Positions 36,258-44,983 of a stretch of 53,056 bases of DNA are shown here, piece after piece. Below the pieces are notes generated by a model. The model worked only from the letters and a program-made list of their open reading frames with translations. It searched no databases and had not been told where the DNA came from. The DNA comes from a virus. The translations under genes and the position numbers were made by a program. Within the stretch, counting starts at the first letter, position 1. Each line of letters starts with the position of its first letter. The stretch lies in the IMG/VR virus record IMGVR_UViG_3300033074_002003; one strand, 5' to 3'.

Positions 36258-37430
36258 ATGTCAGGCATGGTCGTCACTGAGACAGCTGTAAGAAGCATCA
36301 TTTGTGAACTTCTGAGGAGTGACGTGCCCGCTGTCTCCAACGAGCTGCCTTTTCAGGATAACGGCTGTCCCATAGACGTCAATTCTGAGATCGACACGAC
36401 ATACCGCGCTTTCGATGGGACGTACGAGATCCCAGTCGGGACTGATATCGTTCCACACGATAAACGTGAACTCGAGGCGGTAATTAAAGCATTCTTAGTG
36501 GGCGTTCCGAACACAAGTGTTCCGAAGCTCTTTCACAAGATACAGCGCGCGTTTGATGAAGTCGCAGATGACGACGAGGGAGTTCCGATGAAGAAAGTGA
36601 ATGCCAACCCGATGCAGGGAAAGAACATTGAGGAGTCGATCCGTAAGGCCATCAGGAAGCTCCTTGAGGGTCCTGAGATGAAGAGCGCCCTCAATTTTTC
36701 CGGGTATGACGTCGGCGGCGATTCTGACGATGACGAGCCCCTGAAAAGGAAGCGCGACATCAATCTCGCAGACAAGTCAGATCCGAGTCGCCTGACATAC
36801 GCGCAGCTCGCAAAGAAGCGCGGCGAGCTGGATGCCAAGAAGTCAAGCATGTCGCCTGAGGAGCTCGCAGCGGCTACGCGTGAGCTTGACGACGAAGATC
36901 CCCGCGAGATGTCACACGACGAGATGCTCCCGTACATGGGACATGCTGGCGTCACAGGTGTGAAGGGCGAAGAGTACAAGACGATCCAGAAGGCGAAGTT
37001 CCTCGCAGACATGGACCCGCAGACACGTTCCAAGCTGATCGGCACCGCTCGCGACGAGTACGTGCAGTTCCTCGCTGACGGCGGTGACCTTGAACCAGAA
37101 GAGGTCGACATGCTGAAGAAGCACCCGGCCGCTGTCGAGGAGCTCGAAGGGTTCCGCGACTGGCTCGATGCCTACGTGTGGAACGACCTAGAGGCAGCAG
37201 ATCCCGTCCACTACATCCCGGGCAAGGAATACGACGCGATCCGCGCCGACAAACAAGCGAAGGGCATCGAGCCCGCGTGGCCAAAGGGTCCGAAGGGCGA
37301 GCCTGTCCACAAGAAGGGCGATTGGACAGACAAGCAGCGCGCGCAGGCAGCAAATTCGGTTCGCGATCGCGAAAAAGAGCGTAACAAAGAGAAGAAGGCA
37401 GCTGACAAGGCGACCAAGAAGGGCGAGTGA
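36258..37430 (+). CDS. hypothetical highly charged protein
   Basis: 390 aa, D/E/K-rich, no motif. Confidence 0.45.
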   Translation: MSGMVVTETAVRSIICELLRSDVPAVSNELPFQDNGCPIDVNSEIDTTYRAFDGTYEIPVGTDIVPHDKRELEAVIKAFLVGVPNTSVPKLFHKIQRAFDEVADDDEGVPMKKVNANPMQGKNIEESIRKAIRKLLEGPEMKSALNFSGYDVGGDSDDDEPLKRKRDINLADKSDPSRLTYAQLAKKRGELDAKKSSMSPEELAAATRELDDEDPREMSHDEMLPYMGHAGVTGVKGEEYKTIQKAKFLADMDPQTRSKLIGTARDEYVQFLADGGDLEPEEVDMLKKHPAAVEELEGFRDWLDAYVWNDLEAADPVHYIPGKEYDAIRADKQAKGIEPAWPKGPKGEPVHKKGDWTDKQRAQAANSVRDREKERNKEKKAADKATKKGE

Positions 37431-37433
37431 TGA

Positions 37434-38171
37434 ATGGGTCTCGGGGGAGCTATCGCAGCGGCGCAGTTTGCTCCCGTGCAAGGAGACCTGTCGCACAATA
37501 TAGGGATCGCGCTTCAGATTTCGTTTGAGGCAGCACTCGCCGGCGCGAAGCTTGTCGTGCTACCAGAGCTCTGCGTTTCTGGGCCCGACATCTTCAGCGT
37601 AAAAGAGGCCTCACGGGCGGCCCAATCTTCTATGGGTTGGCAGACGCGCGAGTTCCAGAATATCGCTTCTTCGGCGGGAATCTACATCCTCTTCGGCTAT
37701 GTCGAGGCCGCAGAGGGCAACTTCTACAACTCCTGCGCTCTGGTGGGTCCAGATGGGTCTGTTCACAACTTCAGGAAGCGAAACCTCTGGAGCTCTGATT
37801 TCTTCTGGGCCACGTCATCATCTGACGAGCGCGGTGAGATCGCTGTCACACCGCTGGGACGCATCGGAGCGCTGATCTGTCGCGATGTGCAGAACAGAGA
37901 CAGGAAATCTGTCGATGGTACGGGACAGCCATATTACGCGCGTGGAAGTGTTGACATCGTGTGTGTCCCGGCGAACTGGAGTACTGCTGCAGAATTTCCG
38001 CATCACGAGTGGGTTGAGCTCGCAGAAGAGACGCGCGCCACAGTTGTCGTCGCGAACAGGTGCCCTGAGCTTGACGATCCGCACGTCGGTGGATCGTGCA
38101 TCATAAGCCCGACACTCGAAGTAATCGTGGGTGACAAGTATACAGCGTGCATCGTGGGAGCATTTCTATGA
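37434..38171 (+). CDS. carbon-nitrogen hydrolase (nitrilase superfamily)
   Basis: E 'VVLPELC', K 'FRKRNLW', C 'GALICRDV' catalytic triad spacing. Confidence 0.65.
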   Translation: MGLGGAIAAAQFAPVQGDLSHNIGIALQISFEAALAGAKLVVLPELCVSGPDIFSVKEASRAAQSSMGWQTREFQNIASSAGIYILFGYVEAAEGNFYNSCALVGPDGSVHNFRKRNLWSSDFFWATSSSDERGEIAVTPLGRIGALICRDVQNRDRKSVDGTGQPYYARGSVDIVCVPANWSTAAEFPHHEWVELAEETRATVVVANRCPELDDPHVGGSCIISPTLEVIVGDKYTACIVGAFL

Positions 38172-38509
38172 GGACAGAGACACCGATCACTGTTCGGGAG
38201 AAAGCACCGGCTCCCCTACGACCCACGATGCGCTGGGTGTCAGCGCCCGAGGGATCTCTCTACAAGAAGTTCGTCTTCAAGTCGACAGAAGAGAGGAATC
38301 GCTTCATTGTTGACATTCTCGAGTACGAGCGTGTCTGTGGACACTCGGCAACAATGAAGATCGCCGAGGGATGTGTCATGATGTCGCTGATCACACATGA
38401 CATCGGTGTCGTGACCGAGCTTGACAAAGAATTCGCTCGCGAGGCAGATGTTGTGTACAAGGACGTGACGGAGACGTATATTTCGAGCCATGACAACTGG
38501 CTTGGATGA
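38168..38509 (+). CDS. pterin-4a-carbinolamine dehydratase (PCD/DCoH)-like protein
   Basis: 'CGHSATMKIAEGCVMMSLITHDIGVVTELDKEFA' matches PCD core; ATGA overlap with upstream gene. Confidence 0.5.
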   Translation: MRTETPITVREKAPAPLRPTMRWVSAPEGSLYKKFVFKSTEERNRFIVDILEYERVCGHSATMKIAEGCVMMSLITHDIGVVTELDKEFAREADVVYKDVTETYISSHDNWLG

Positions 38510-38894
38510 TGGGGACGTTTACTTTAGCGAAGAGATCAGAGACGCAGTAGAGACGACACTCGGTCCCGAAGAGAACGGGAGATCCGAGTCTATGTGTTTC
38601 TACTGTACTTTTTTCAAGTTCAACGCCTTTAAACCCGAGAGCTTCGGCCCCGTTCCTGTGTGGAAGTTTTCCACATTCCCAAAGAAAACTGGTTCAGTTT
38701 GGGCCGAGGTATCCTTTGAGACTACCCGGAAAGATTTTCTGGAGCTGTTCTCGGGCCAACCCATCTCAGGATTTGAGCTCTCAACAGAACTAGACGGCTT
38801 GCGAGTCGGTTCTTGGCACGGAGACGCTTGTGTGTCTGTCGAGGAGTCGTCTGGTGTCTACGCTGTAAAGATTGGAATCGTTTGTGCTGAATAG
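38490..38894 (+). CDS. hypothetical protein
   Basis: 134-aa ORF. Confidence 0.35.
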   Translation: MTTGLDDGDVYFSEEIRDAVETTLGPEENGRSESMCFYCTFFKFNAFKPESFGPVPVWKFSTFPKKTGSVWAEVSFETTRKDFLELFSGQPISGFELSTELDGLRVGSWHGDACVSVEESSGVYAVKIGIVCAE

Positions 38895-38910
38895 TTAGCT
38901 GCAGGATAAA

Positions 38911-39132
38911 ATGTCAGACAAAACACGCGATCTTGAGAGTCTCCTTCTGGAGCAGGCTGAACGTGATCACGATGACGAGATGGACTTTAGCAGGTTCATG
39001 ACGGGCGTCGTTGAGTCACAGGAGAGGAGCTCGAAGCTCATCGTTGAGACGAAGGAGACCGAGACTGCCGCTCGGAAGTTGCAGCGCCGTCGTCGCGAAT
39101 CGCCCATGGGAAAAATCAGGTTCGGGACCTGA
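38911..39132 (+). CDS. hypothetical protein
   Basis: 73-aa ORF. Confidence 0.3.
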   Translation: MSDKTRDLESLLLEQAERDHDDEMDFSRFMTGVVESQERSSKLIVETKETETAARKLQRRRRESPMGKIRFGT

Positions 39133-39144
39133 TAGGAGCTCACA

Positions 39145-39789
39145 GTGAAGAACAAGCGCGTCGAAGAGTCATCGACACTGATGGAGTACGTATCGTCGCT
39201 CGTAGAAGCGAGCGTCGAAGCAAATATGCGCGAGCTCGAACTTCTCGAAGATGACGACGACGGCATCTTCAGTGACAAGCCCGCGAAGAAGGGACCGGCT
39301 GTTGCTCCCACAGCGGATGCGCCCGCACAGCAACCGCAGCAGGCACCGGAGCCCAATCCCTACGCCGCGAAGCAACACCCGCAGGAAAACTTCGAGGAAC
39401 CGACGATCGACATGGTTGTCGATAAACTCAACGCGATTCGAAGCGGTCGTTCGTTCCGCGACTCTTCGGTGAAGGGCGCGATGGAGCAGTACTTCGAGAA
39501 GCTCGGCAAAGAAGAGCGTGCCGCGATGCTCGCGTTCCTCAAGGGCATCTCACAGATCGTTACGGGAGAGGTCGAGGGACAAGCGGCAACAGATCCAAAC
39601 GATACGCCTTCGCCCGGTGTGAAGATGACGTCGGCCACACCCGCAAAATCAGGGGCACCTCACGGCGGAAAACCTGTCAAAAATGTGACTGTCGCGCGCG
39701 CCAAGACTGCACAAGGTTCTGGTGGCGCACCCGCGAAGTCAATGGAAGACACATCAGCACCAGCGCCGCTCCGCCCGCGCACTAAGTGA
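39145..39789 (+). CDS. hypothetical protein (acidic N-terminus, Ala/Pro-rich C-terminus)
   Basis: 214-aa ORF. Confidence 0.4.
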   Translation: MKNKRVEESSTLMEYVSSLVEASVEANMRELELLEDDDDGIFSDKPAKKGPAVAPTADAPAQQPQQAPEPNPYAAKQHPQENFEEPTIDMVVDKLNAIRSGRSFRDSSVKGAMEQYFEKLGKEERAAMLAFLKGISQIVTGEVEGQAATDPNDTPSPGVKMTSATPAKSGAPHGGKPVKNVTVARAKTAQGSGGAPAKSMEDTSAPAPLRPRTK

Positions 39790-40831
39790 AAACGTCCTCG
39801 TTGACTTTGTAGGTCGGGCGACCGCCCTGCGAAATCGCGGCGAGCGCCATGAGGTTGTCCAGTTTCTCTCGCCTGAGGGGCATGAAACCCTTCTCTGATA
39901 CGAGACACAGCAGGTCGACGCTTTCAAATGCTCGAGAGGGCAGTGCAAGCGTCGACCAGTGTCGCTTTATGATTTCCGGATCTGTGAAGGCGGGATTGTC
40001 TAGGTGAATCAACATGTCGGCCTGTAGTGGCGTGAGGCCGAGCTTTGAAATCGCCGTAGAGAGACGCTCGCCGGAGAGCTCAAAGACCTTCAGAGTGTTC
40101 ACAACATGCCTAGCGTGCGCAGTCAGCCAGAGCCCGGTGTCCTTGAAGTGAATCTTCTGTCTCCATTTTTCGAGGTTTAGCTTCGCTCTCTTCACGTTTG
40201 CGAGTGCCCTTGTCGCCTGCAAGAGGCCAAATCCCTGCTTAGATCCGCCGAGCTCGCTGCCAAACACCCTTCCTTTTGACATGACGCCGCGGGCGATCAT
40301 CGGAACGTCGTCCGCCACGAACTTTCCGAGCGAATCGTGAGTCTCAGTGGGTAGGAGTAGCTCTAGAAGCTCGCTCAGGGATGTGTACGCGGCGGCGATG
40401 TCATCCGCGAGACGCCTGAAGAACGTGTAGCCCTCCATCACAGAAATCATTCCTTCGGCTCCTACACGAACCTGTCGCGCGGCACCGGGCTTCTTGATTT
40501 CGATCTTCTTGCCGATGAAGTATTCCTGCGGGCACCACGCCGCGAGGCTCGTGAACTTCACCCGAGCCGCTTCAATCCTCTCGCGGGTGATCGAGATGTC
40601 AAATGACTCTTTTTGTCCCGAGACGAAGATGCGAAGCAGCTCGAGCAGCTCTGGATCGTTAGGATCAGAGACGGAGATCCCTAAGAGGGCGGCGGTCGCG
40701 GCGAGCTCACCTTCACCGAGGCCGAAGCGCGTCGCGGCCCCAAATAGTGATCCAGAACCCTCGGGCCAGGCGTTCATCTCGTCTATCAGAGCGACCGTAC
40801 CGTGGTGTTTGAAAGCGTAGCCTTCGCTCAT
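39782..40831 (-). CDS. hypothetical protein (minus-strand, own promoter region)
   Basis: 350 aa with normal composition; ATG at 40831 (MSEGYAFKHHG...); convergent with upstream + genes, divergent from Nudix gene. Confidence 0.5.
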   Translation of the reverse strand: MSEGYAFKHHGTVALIDEMNAWPEGSGSLFGAATRFGLGEGELAATAALLGISVSDPNDPELLELLRIFVSGQKESFDISITRERIEAARVKFTSLAAWCPQEYFIGKKIEIKKPGAARQVRVGAEGMISVMEGYTFFRRLADDIAAAYTSLSELLELLLPTETHDSLGKFVADDVPMIARGVMSKGRVFGSELGGSKQGFGLLQATRALANVKRAKLNLEKWRQKIHFKDTGLWLTAHARHVVNTLKVFELSGERLSTAISKLGLTPLQADMLIHLDNPAFTDPEIIKRHWSTLALPSRAFESVDLLCLVSEKGFMPLRREKLDNLMALAAISQGGRPTYKVNEDVFT

Positions 40832-40863
40832 TTGACACAAATATAAGCTCTTGATGCACTGTG

Positions 40864-40890
40864 TTTAGAACACATCGTCCGGTGTATAGT
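40864..40890 (+). promoter_or_regulatory. possible sigma70-like promoter (TTTAGA-N15-TATAGT) in divergent intergenic region
   Basis: hexamers read from sequence ~6 nt upstream of Nudix ATG region; spacing short. Confidence 0.2.
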
Positions 40891-40895
40891 ACATT

Positions 40896-41342
40896 GTGAA
40901 AATGGAAAAGCATGACGATATCGGGAAGAAGAGAACGATTTCGTGCGGGTGCTTCATTGTTCGTGAGTTTACGCCCGGGCTCAAAGAAGTTCTCCTAGTG
41001 AAGCCGTTCCCGCAGCGCGACAACTGGGGTGTGCCGAAGGGACACATCGAGGAGGGCGAGACGTACGTTGATTGCGCACTCCGCGAGGTAAGGGAGGAGA
41101 CGGGGATTCGCCCACAGATCGTCGAATCTGTCCCATATTTCACTTGCGTCACCCGCAACCACCACGAGGTGAAAACGGTCGTGATCTTCCTTGCGAAACT
41201 GGGAGAGCACCAAGATATTGTGAGCGACGGTGAGAATTCAGACATCGAGTGGTTTCCGCTCACTGCGCTGCCGACACTACACAAGTACCAGCAAGATGCT
41301 CTCGCCGCCGCGATCCAACGCGTGATGTCGGAGAAGATCTGA
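40896..41342 (+). CDS. Nudix hydrolase
   Basis: Nudix box 'GHIEEGETYVDCALREVREETGI'. Confidence 0.8.
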   Translation: MKMEKHDDIGKKRTISCGCFIVREFTPGLKEVLLVKPFPQRDNWGVPKGHIEEGETYVDCALREVREETGIRPQIVESVPYFTCVTRNHHEVKTVVIFLAKLGEHQDIVSDGENSDIEWFPLTALPTLHKYQQDALAAAIQRVMSEKI

Positions 41343-41365
41343 GCGCAGCTTCATATTTAGCCTCG

Positions 41366-42625
41366 ATGGAAAAGTCAGAGTTGCTCCGCGAGGTCATCAA
41401 GACAATCCTCCAAGAGGAGGATTATGGCGGCATCGGTGCGGGCGGGTACTACGGCGGCTACGGTGGTGGCTCTGGCGGTTATGGGTACGGAATGGGTGGT
41501 TGGGGCGGGGAGAGCGTTCTCAGCGTCTTCGGCACTCCATTCCTTGACGTATTCAAGACAGCGGCTGGTTCCGGCAAAGAGGTCGCGAAGCAGGCGAAGG
41601 GCCTCGTCAGGACGGGCATCGAGGCGTCGCTGTCGCTCGTCCTCCCGTTCGTGAGCGGCGAGTACGGAAAAATCGCCAAAGAGACGCACGAAGAGGTGCT
41701 GAAGGTGAAGAAAGAGTACGAGGGTGTCTACAAGAAGAACCTCGACGCGTTCTTCAACACTGACCTCGTCACGCTCGCGTTCTTCTTGAACCCGGCGGCA
41801 GTCGTCACGGGTGCCGCATTCGACAGGTTCCTGTACACAGCACCCGACGCGGCGATCAGTGCCCTCGGATGGTTCATTCCAGTTTCGGGCCAGAAAATGT
41901 GGGATCGCACGCTAAAAGCTCTCGATCCAGAGCGCCTCCAGAGGATCTTGAAGACAGCGTCGGGTCGCGGTGAGAGCACGAGGCTCATCGTCTGGGACGA
42001 CAAGAACAGAAGGAAGCTCTACTCGAACGTCCGCCGCGCGATGGGAATCGAGGCAGACCCGAATGACAGGGCGACAGAGTCTCTTTCTCTGAAGGGCGTA
42101 GTGATCCTCGAGGACGGTTCGGCGGGAACAACGTTCCAAGACGTCGTGAAGGGGATTTTCCACGATCCGACGATTGTTGACGCGATGACGTCGTCGGAAC
42201 AGGCGAAGCGCCTGAAGGGCGTCGCGACAAAGATGATCTCTCGGAGGCTCGGTAGGGTCGTAGACCTCGTCAGAAAAATCACGTCTGCTCCGACACCGGA
42301 CTCTATGGGTGCGCCCAAACTTTCTGAGGGTGACATGCCGAAGGTGAAGCAGGAGGTGAAGGAGCGGATCAGCAAGTCTCTCGCCGCCGAGCTCGAGGCG
42401 ATGGTGAAGCAGGGCGTCGACCCGAAAGAGACGGGCGTGCAGAAGATGTACGATCAGGCGATCTCAAACATCACAAACCTTCCTGTGAACATCGGGGCAC
42501 CTGAGAGTAATGTCTCCATGCAACAGCAGGGAGATAAAGATACACATGTCCAACACGGCAAAGAAGACGGACACGACGGGACAGGAACAGCCGGACGAGC
42601 TGGGCGCCCTCAGGGAGCTAGTTGA
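41366..42625 (+). CDS. hypothetical protein with Gly/Tyr-rich N-terminal segment
   Basis: 'GGYYGGYGGGSGGYGYGMGGWGG'; ATG 41366. Confidence 0.4.
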   Translation: MEKSELLREVIKTILQEEDYGGIGAGGYYGGYGGGSGGYGYGMGGWGGESVLSVFGTPFLDVFKTAAGSGKEVAKQAKGLVRTGIEASLSLVLPFVSGEYGKIAKETHEEVLKVKKEYEGVYKKNLDAFFNTDLVTLAFFLNPAAVVTGAAFDRFLYTAPDAAISALGWFIPVSGQKMWDRTLKALDPERLQRILKTASGRGESTRLIVWDDKNRRKLYSNVRRAMGIEADPNDRATESLSLKGVVILEDGSAGTTFQDVVKGIFHDPTIVDAMTSSEQAKRLKGVATKMISRRLGRVVDLVRKITSAPTPDSMGAPKLSEGDMPKVKQEVKERISKSLAAELEAMVKQGVDPKETGVQKMYDQAISNITNLPVNIGAPESNVSMQQQGDKDTHVQHGKEDGHDGTGTAGRAGRPQGAS

Positions 42626-42839
42626 GGAGTTCGTCAAGAAGCACGAGCACATCGAGAACGAGATTGCGACTCTCGTAGAGGCGCGCAAGGACCTCATGGA
42701 CGAGTACAAGGAGAAGCTCGACATGAAGACCCTGAAGGCAGCTCTTCGCGTCGTGAAGATCAAGAAGGGTGTGGAGCACCAGGATACGTTTGACTCGTTC
42801 ATGACAGTCCTTGACGACACGGAGAAGTGGGACAGCTGA
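42546..42839 (+). CDS. hypothetical protein
   Basis: ATG 42546; overlaps 3' tail of previous ORF. Confidence 0.3.
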   Translation: MSNTAKKTDTTGQEQPDELGALRELVEEFVKKHEHIENEIATLVEARKDLMDEYKEKLDMKTLKAALRVVKIKKGVEHQDTFDSFMTVLDDTEKWDS

Positions 42840-43147
42840 TGTCCGCCGCGAAGAAGCAGATCACGGCGAAGCCGACGCTCGCGGCACTGAACCTCACAAA
42901 TGCCGAGCTCGAACACTTGAACGAGCTCTTCTCGGTGATCCTCCCGTCTGAGAAGGGGGTCACCGTCTCTGAGGAGCTCGCGCAGACCTGCTCGAGGGTG
43001 GTCGTCGAGCAGAAGCTCTGGGAGAAGATCAAGAAGCTCTGCGACAAGCAGGGCATCGTCACCGGCGATGATTCTCCTGATTATGCAGTCGTGCCTGTCG
43101 GTCCCCCACCGATGGGCCTCGTTCGCGTCGAGGTGGAGAGGAAATGA
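42827..43147 (+). CDS. hypothetical protein
   Basis: 106-aa ORF. Confidence 0.35.
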   Translation: MGQLMSAAKKQITAKPTLAALNLTNAELEHLNELFSVILPSEKGVTVSEELAQTCSRVVVEQKLWEKIKKLCDKQGIVTGDDSPDYAVVPVGPPPMGLVRVEVERK

Positions 43148-43488
43148 CGTACTCCTTGAAGCAGAAGCTGTACCTGTGCACGTCATCTACGACGCAGGTA
43201 TTGTTTGAAGACTTCAAAGTCGCTGTTGTCCTCGTAACGAGGAAGAGCGAAGTTCTGTTGGGAACCGGCGAAGTTCAGACATCTTACCACGTTCGCACGC
43301 CCGGGGGTCAGAACGAGATACTTCTGAGCGATCTTGCAAAAACGTGCGAGATCTTTCCGACGCTCGACGACGCCAAAGCATACCTCTCACTCCAACTCGA
43401 GAAGCAACTCAAAGAGTATGAGCGGGCCCGCACCGCAAATTACGATCGGTTCGTGACGATGCTAACGTCTCAAGACAGCGAAGAGTAG
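43144..43488 (+). CDS. hypothetical protein
   Basis: 114-aa ORF, ATGA overlap. Confidence 0.35.
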   Translation: MTYSLKQKLYLCTSSTTQVLFEDFKVAVVLVTRKSEVLLGTGEVQTSYHVRTPGGQNEILLSDLAKTCEIFPTLDDAKAYLSLQLEKQLKEYERARTANYDRFVTMLTSQDSEE

Positions 43489-43509
43489 AGCGCACGTATA
43501 TTTACGAGC

Positions 43510-43893
43510 ATGTCATCACACCTCATTCGTGAGTACGTTCGAACACTCGTGTCTGAGGTCGATGTCCTGTCACCGGACAAGGACCCGCGCATGGGTGGAA
43601 CGTCCCACGATTCTTTCGACGCACAGAAGAACCCGGCTGATCCCAACAACAAGAAGAAAATTGGGCACTCTAAGGAGTACGGGAACAAAGAGGCGACGCG
43701 AGACAAGGTGCAGAAGGTCATCGCGAAGAAGGTGAAGGGCGGCGGCATTGCGAGCGACGATGACCTTTCGCGTTACATCTCTGATCCGAAGCGCATTCGC
43801 CAAGACGGCGAATTTGAGGATGACGAGGACGTTGACCTCGCCCTCACGGCTCTCAAGATGGTTCCCGTGTCTGTTTGGCGACAGATGCAGTGA
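43510..43893 (+). CDS. hypothetical basic protein
   Basis: 127-aa ORF. Confidence 0.35.
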   Translation: MSSHLIREYVRTLVSEVDVLSPDKDPRMGGTSHDSFDAQKNPADPNNKKKIGHSKEYGNKEATRDKVQKVIAKKVKGGGIASDDDLSRYISDPKRIRQDGEFEDDEDVDLALTALKMVPVSVWRQMQ

Positions 43894-43922
43894 CAAAAAA
43901 CTAAACAAATTCACCGCACGCT

Positions 43923-43928
43923 GTATAA
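43923..43928 (+). promoter_or_regulatory. consensus -10 hexamer TATAAT upstream of SLT gene
   Basis: 'cacgctgTATAATtttgg'; weak -35; followed by hairpin gcaacaattcgttgc and AGGTGAAAGG SD. Confidence 0.25.
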
Positions 43929-43972
43929 TTTTGGCCCCGCAACAATTCGTTGCAGGTGAAAGGTAACAGCAA

Positions 43973-44560
43973 GTGGATTACGCAATTGCTTTCGCGTTCG
44001 CGCAGATGATTTCTGGCATTGACAAGCTTCCTGACACTTCTTGGGTCAAGATCGTGAGGTCAAGGGCCGCAATCGCGACGCAGACAGTCATCGACGTGTA
44101 CGACAACGGGTACCAGGAGACTCCCACGTCTCCCGTTCGTCGTCTGAAGCCCCTCTTTGAGGTGACGCCGACGTTCTCGTACAAAGAGGCACTCGACGCG
44201 ACAGAGAAGCTCGTGATTAGCGTGATCTTTCACGAGTCGTCTTTCAGGGTCGATGTCGAGCGAACGATCGACGGCAGCAGCGACTGTAGTTACATGCAGA
44301 CGAAGCCCGGGTGGATTTCCAAGGTCGTTCCCGGGAAGAACTGCAACGACCTGAAGAAGGATCCGAAGCTCGCCGTGTTCGTCGGCGCAGAGGTGCTGCG
44401 ACTGCACAAGGAGTATTGTCTGAACAAGCTGCCCGCCGAGCAGAAGAATACGATCACTGCCAAGTACTGGCTCGGTGCGTACGCGTCGGGCACGTGCGGG
44501 TTCGCTCAGGTGAAGGCGCGCGAGCTCTGCGGGCCGGCGGGTGTATGTGAACTGAAATAG
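43973..44560 (+). CDS. lytic transglycosylase (SLT domain)
   Basis: 'VIFHESSFRVD...GSSDCSYMQTKPGW' E-S...GLMQ-like SLT motif. Confidence 0.55.
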   Translation: MDYAIAFAFAQMISGIDKLPDTSWVKIVRSRAAIATQTVIDVYDNGYQETPTSPVRRLKPLFEVTPTFSYKEALDATEKLVISVIFHESSFRVDVERTIDGSSDCSYMQTKPGWISKVVPGKNCNDLKKDPKLAVFVGAEVLRLHKEYCLNKLPAEQKNTITAKYWLGAYASGTCGFAQVKARELCGPAGVCELK

Positions 44561-44568
44561 GAGATAAG

Positions 44569-44919
44569 ATGCTAGAGAAGCTCATTAGGAATGCGGTGAA
44601 GTTTGCGAAGCGAGCAGATGATGAGAAGCTCACACCACAGGAGCGCGCGAAGTTCCGCGAGAAGGCAAACCTGTTCGAGCAGGAGCTCGCGATTCGAATC
44701 TTCAACAGGCACGCGGTCTCGAACGCCGAGATCGACGTGAAGCGCGCCAACAAGCTTCTCGCGCGCAGGACGACTGGCCCGCGCAATCTCGTGAAGCGTC
44801 AGGAGGCCCTCCGCGCGGCCGAACTGAAGCTCAGCGAGGCGATGGTCGAGTCGTCCACCATCGAGAAGAGGGCACGCGAGTTCCTCGACGAGCTCATGGG
44901 TCGCATCGCGAAGAAGTGA
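44569..44919 (+). CDS. hypothetical protein
   Basis: 116-aa ORF, AGGAGATAAG SD. Confidence 0.4.
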   Translation: MLEKLIRNAVKFAKRADDEKLTPQERAKFREKANLFEQELAIRIFNRHAVSNAEIDVKRANKLLARRTTGPRNLVKRQEALRAAELKLSEAMVESSTIEKRAREFLDELMGRIAKK

Positions 44920-44925
44920 TGTTGT

Positions 44926-44980
44926 AGGGCACGCCTGGGTGGCAACGCATGCAACGGCGGTTCGATTCCGCTGGTGCCCT
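44926..44980 (+). ncRNA. tRNA-like minihelix (7-bp acceptor stem + canonical T-arm GGCGG-TTCGATT-CCGCT, no anticodon arm)
   Basis: AGGGCAC...GTGCCCT acceptor pairing; T-loop TTCGATT; only 22-nt connector; lies in intergenic gap immediately 5' of FEN start. Confidence 0.45.
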
Positions 44981-44983
44981 CTA

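Noticed and set aside
36533-37353. minus-strand ORFs 36533..37111 and 36952..37353
   Set aside because: antisense to the 390-aa charged-protein gene; Ser/Arg/Gly-rich low-complexity translations
42464-43186. 240-aa minus-strand ORF
   Set aside because: antisense to several short + strand genes with start/stop coupling; composition biased
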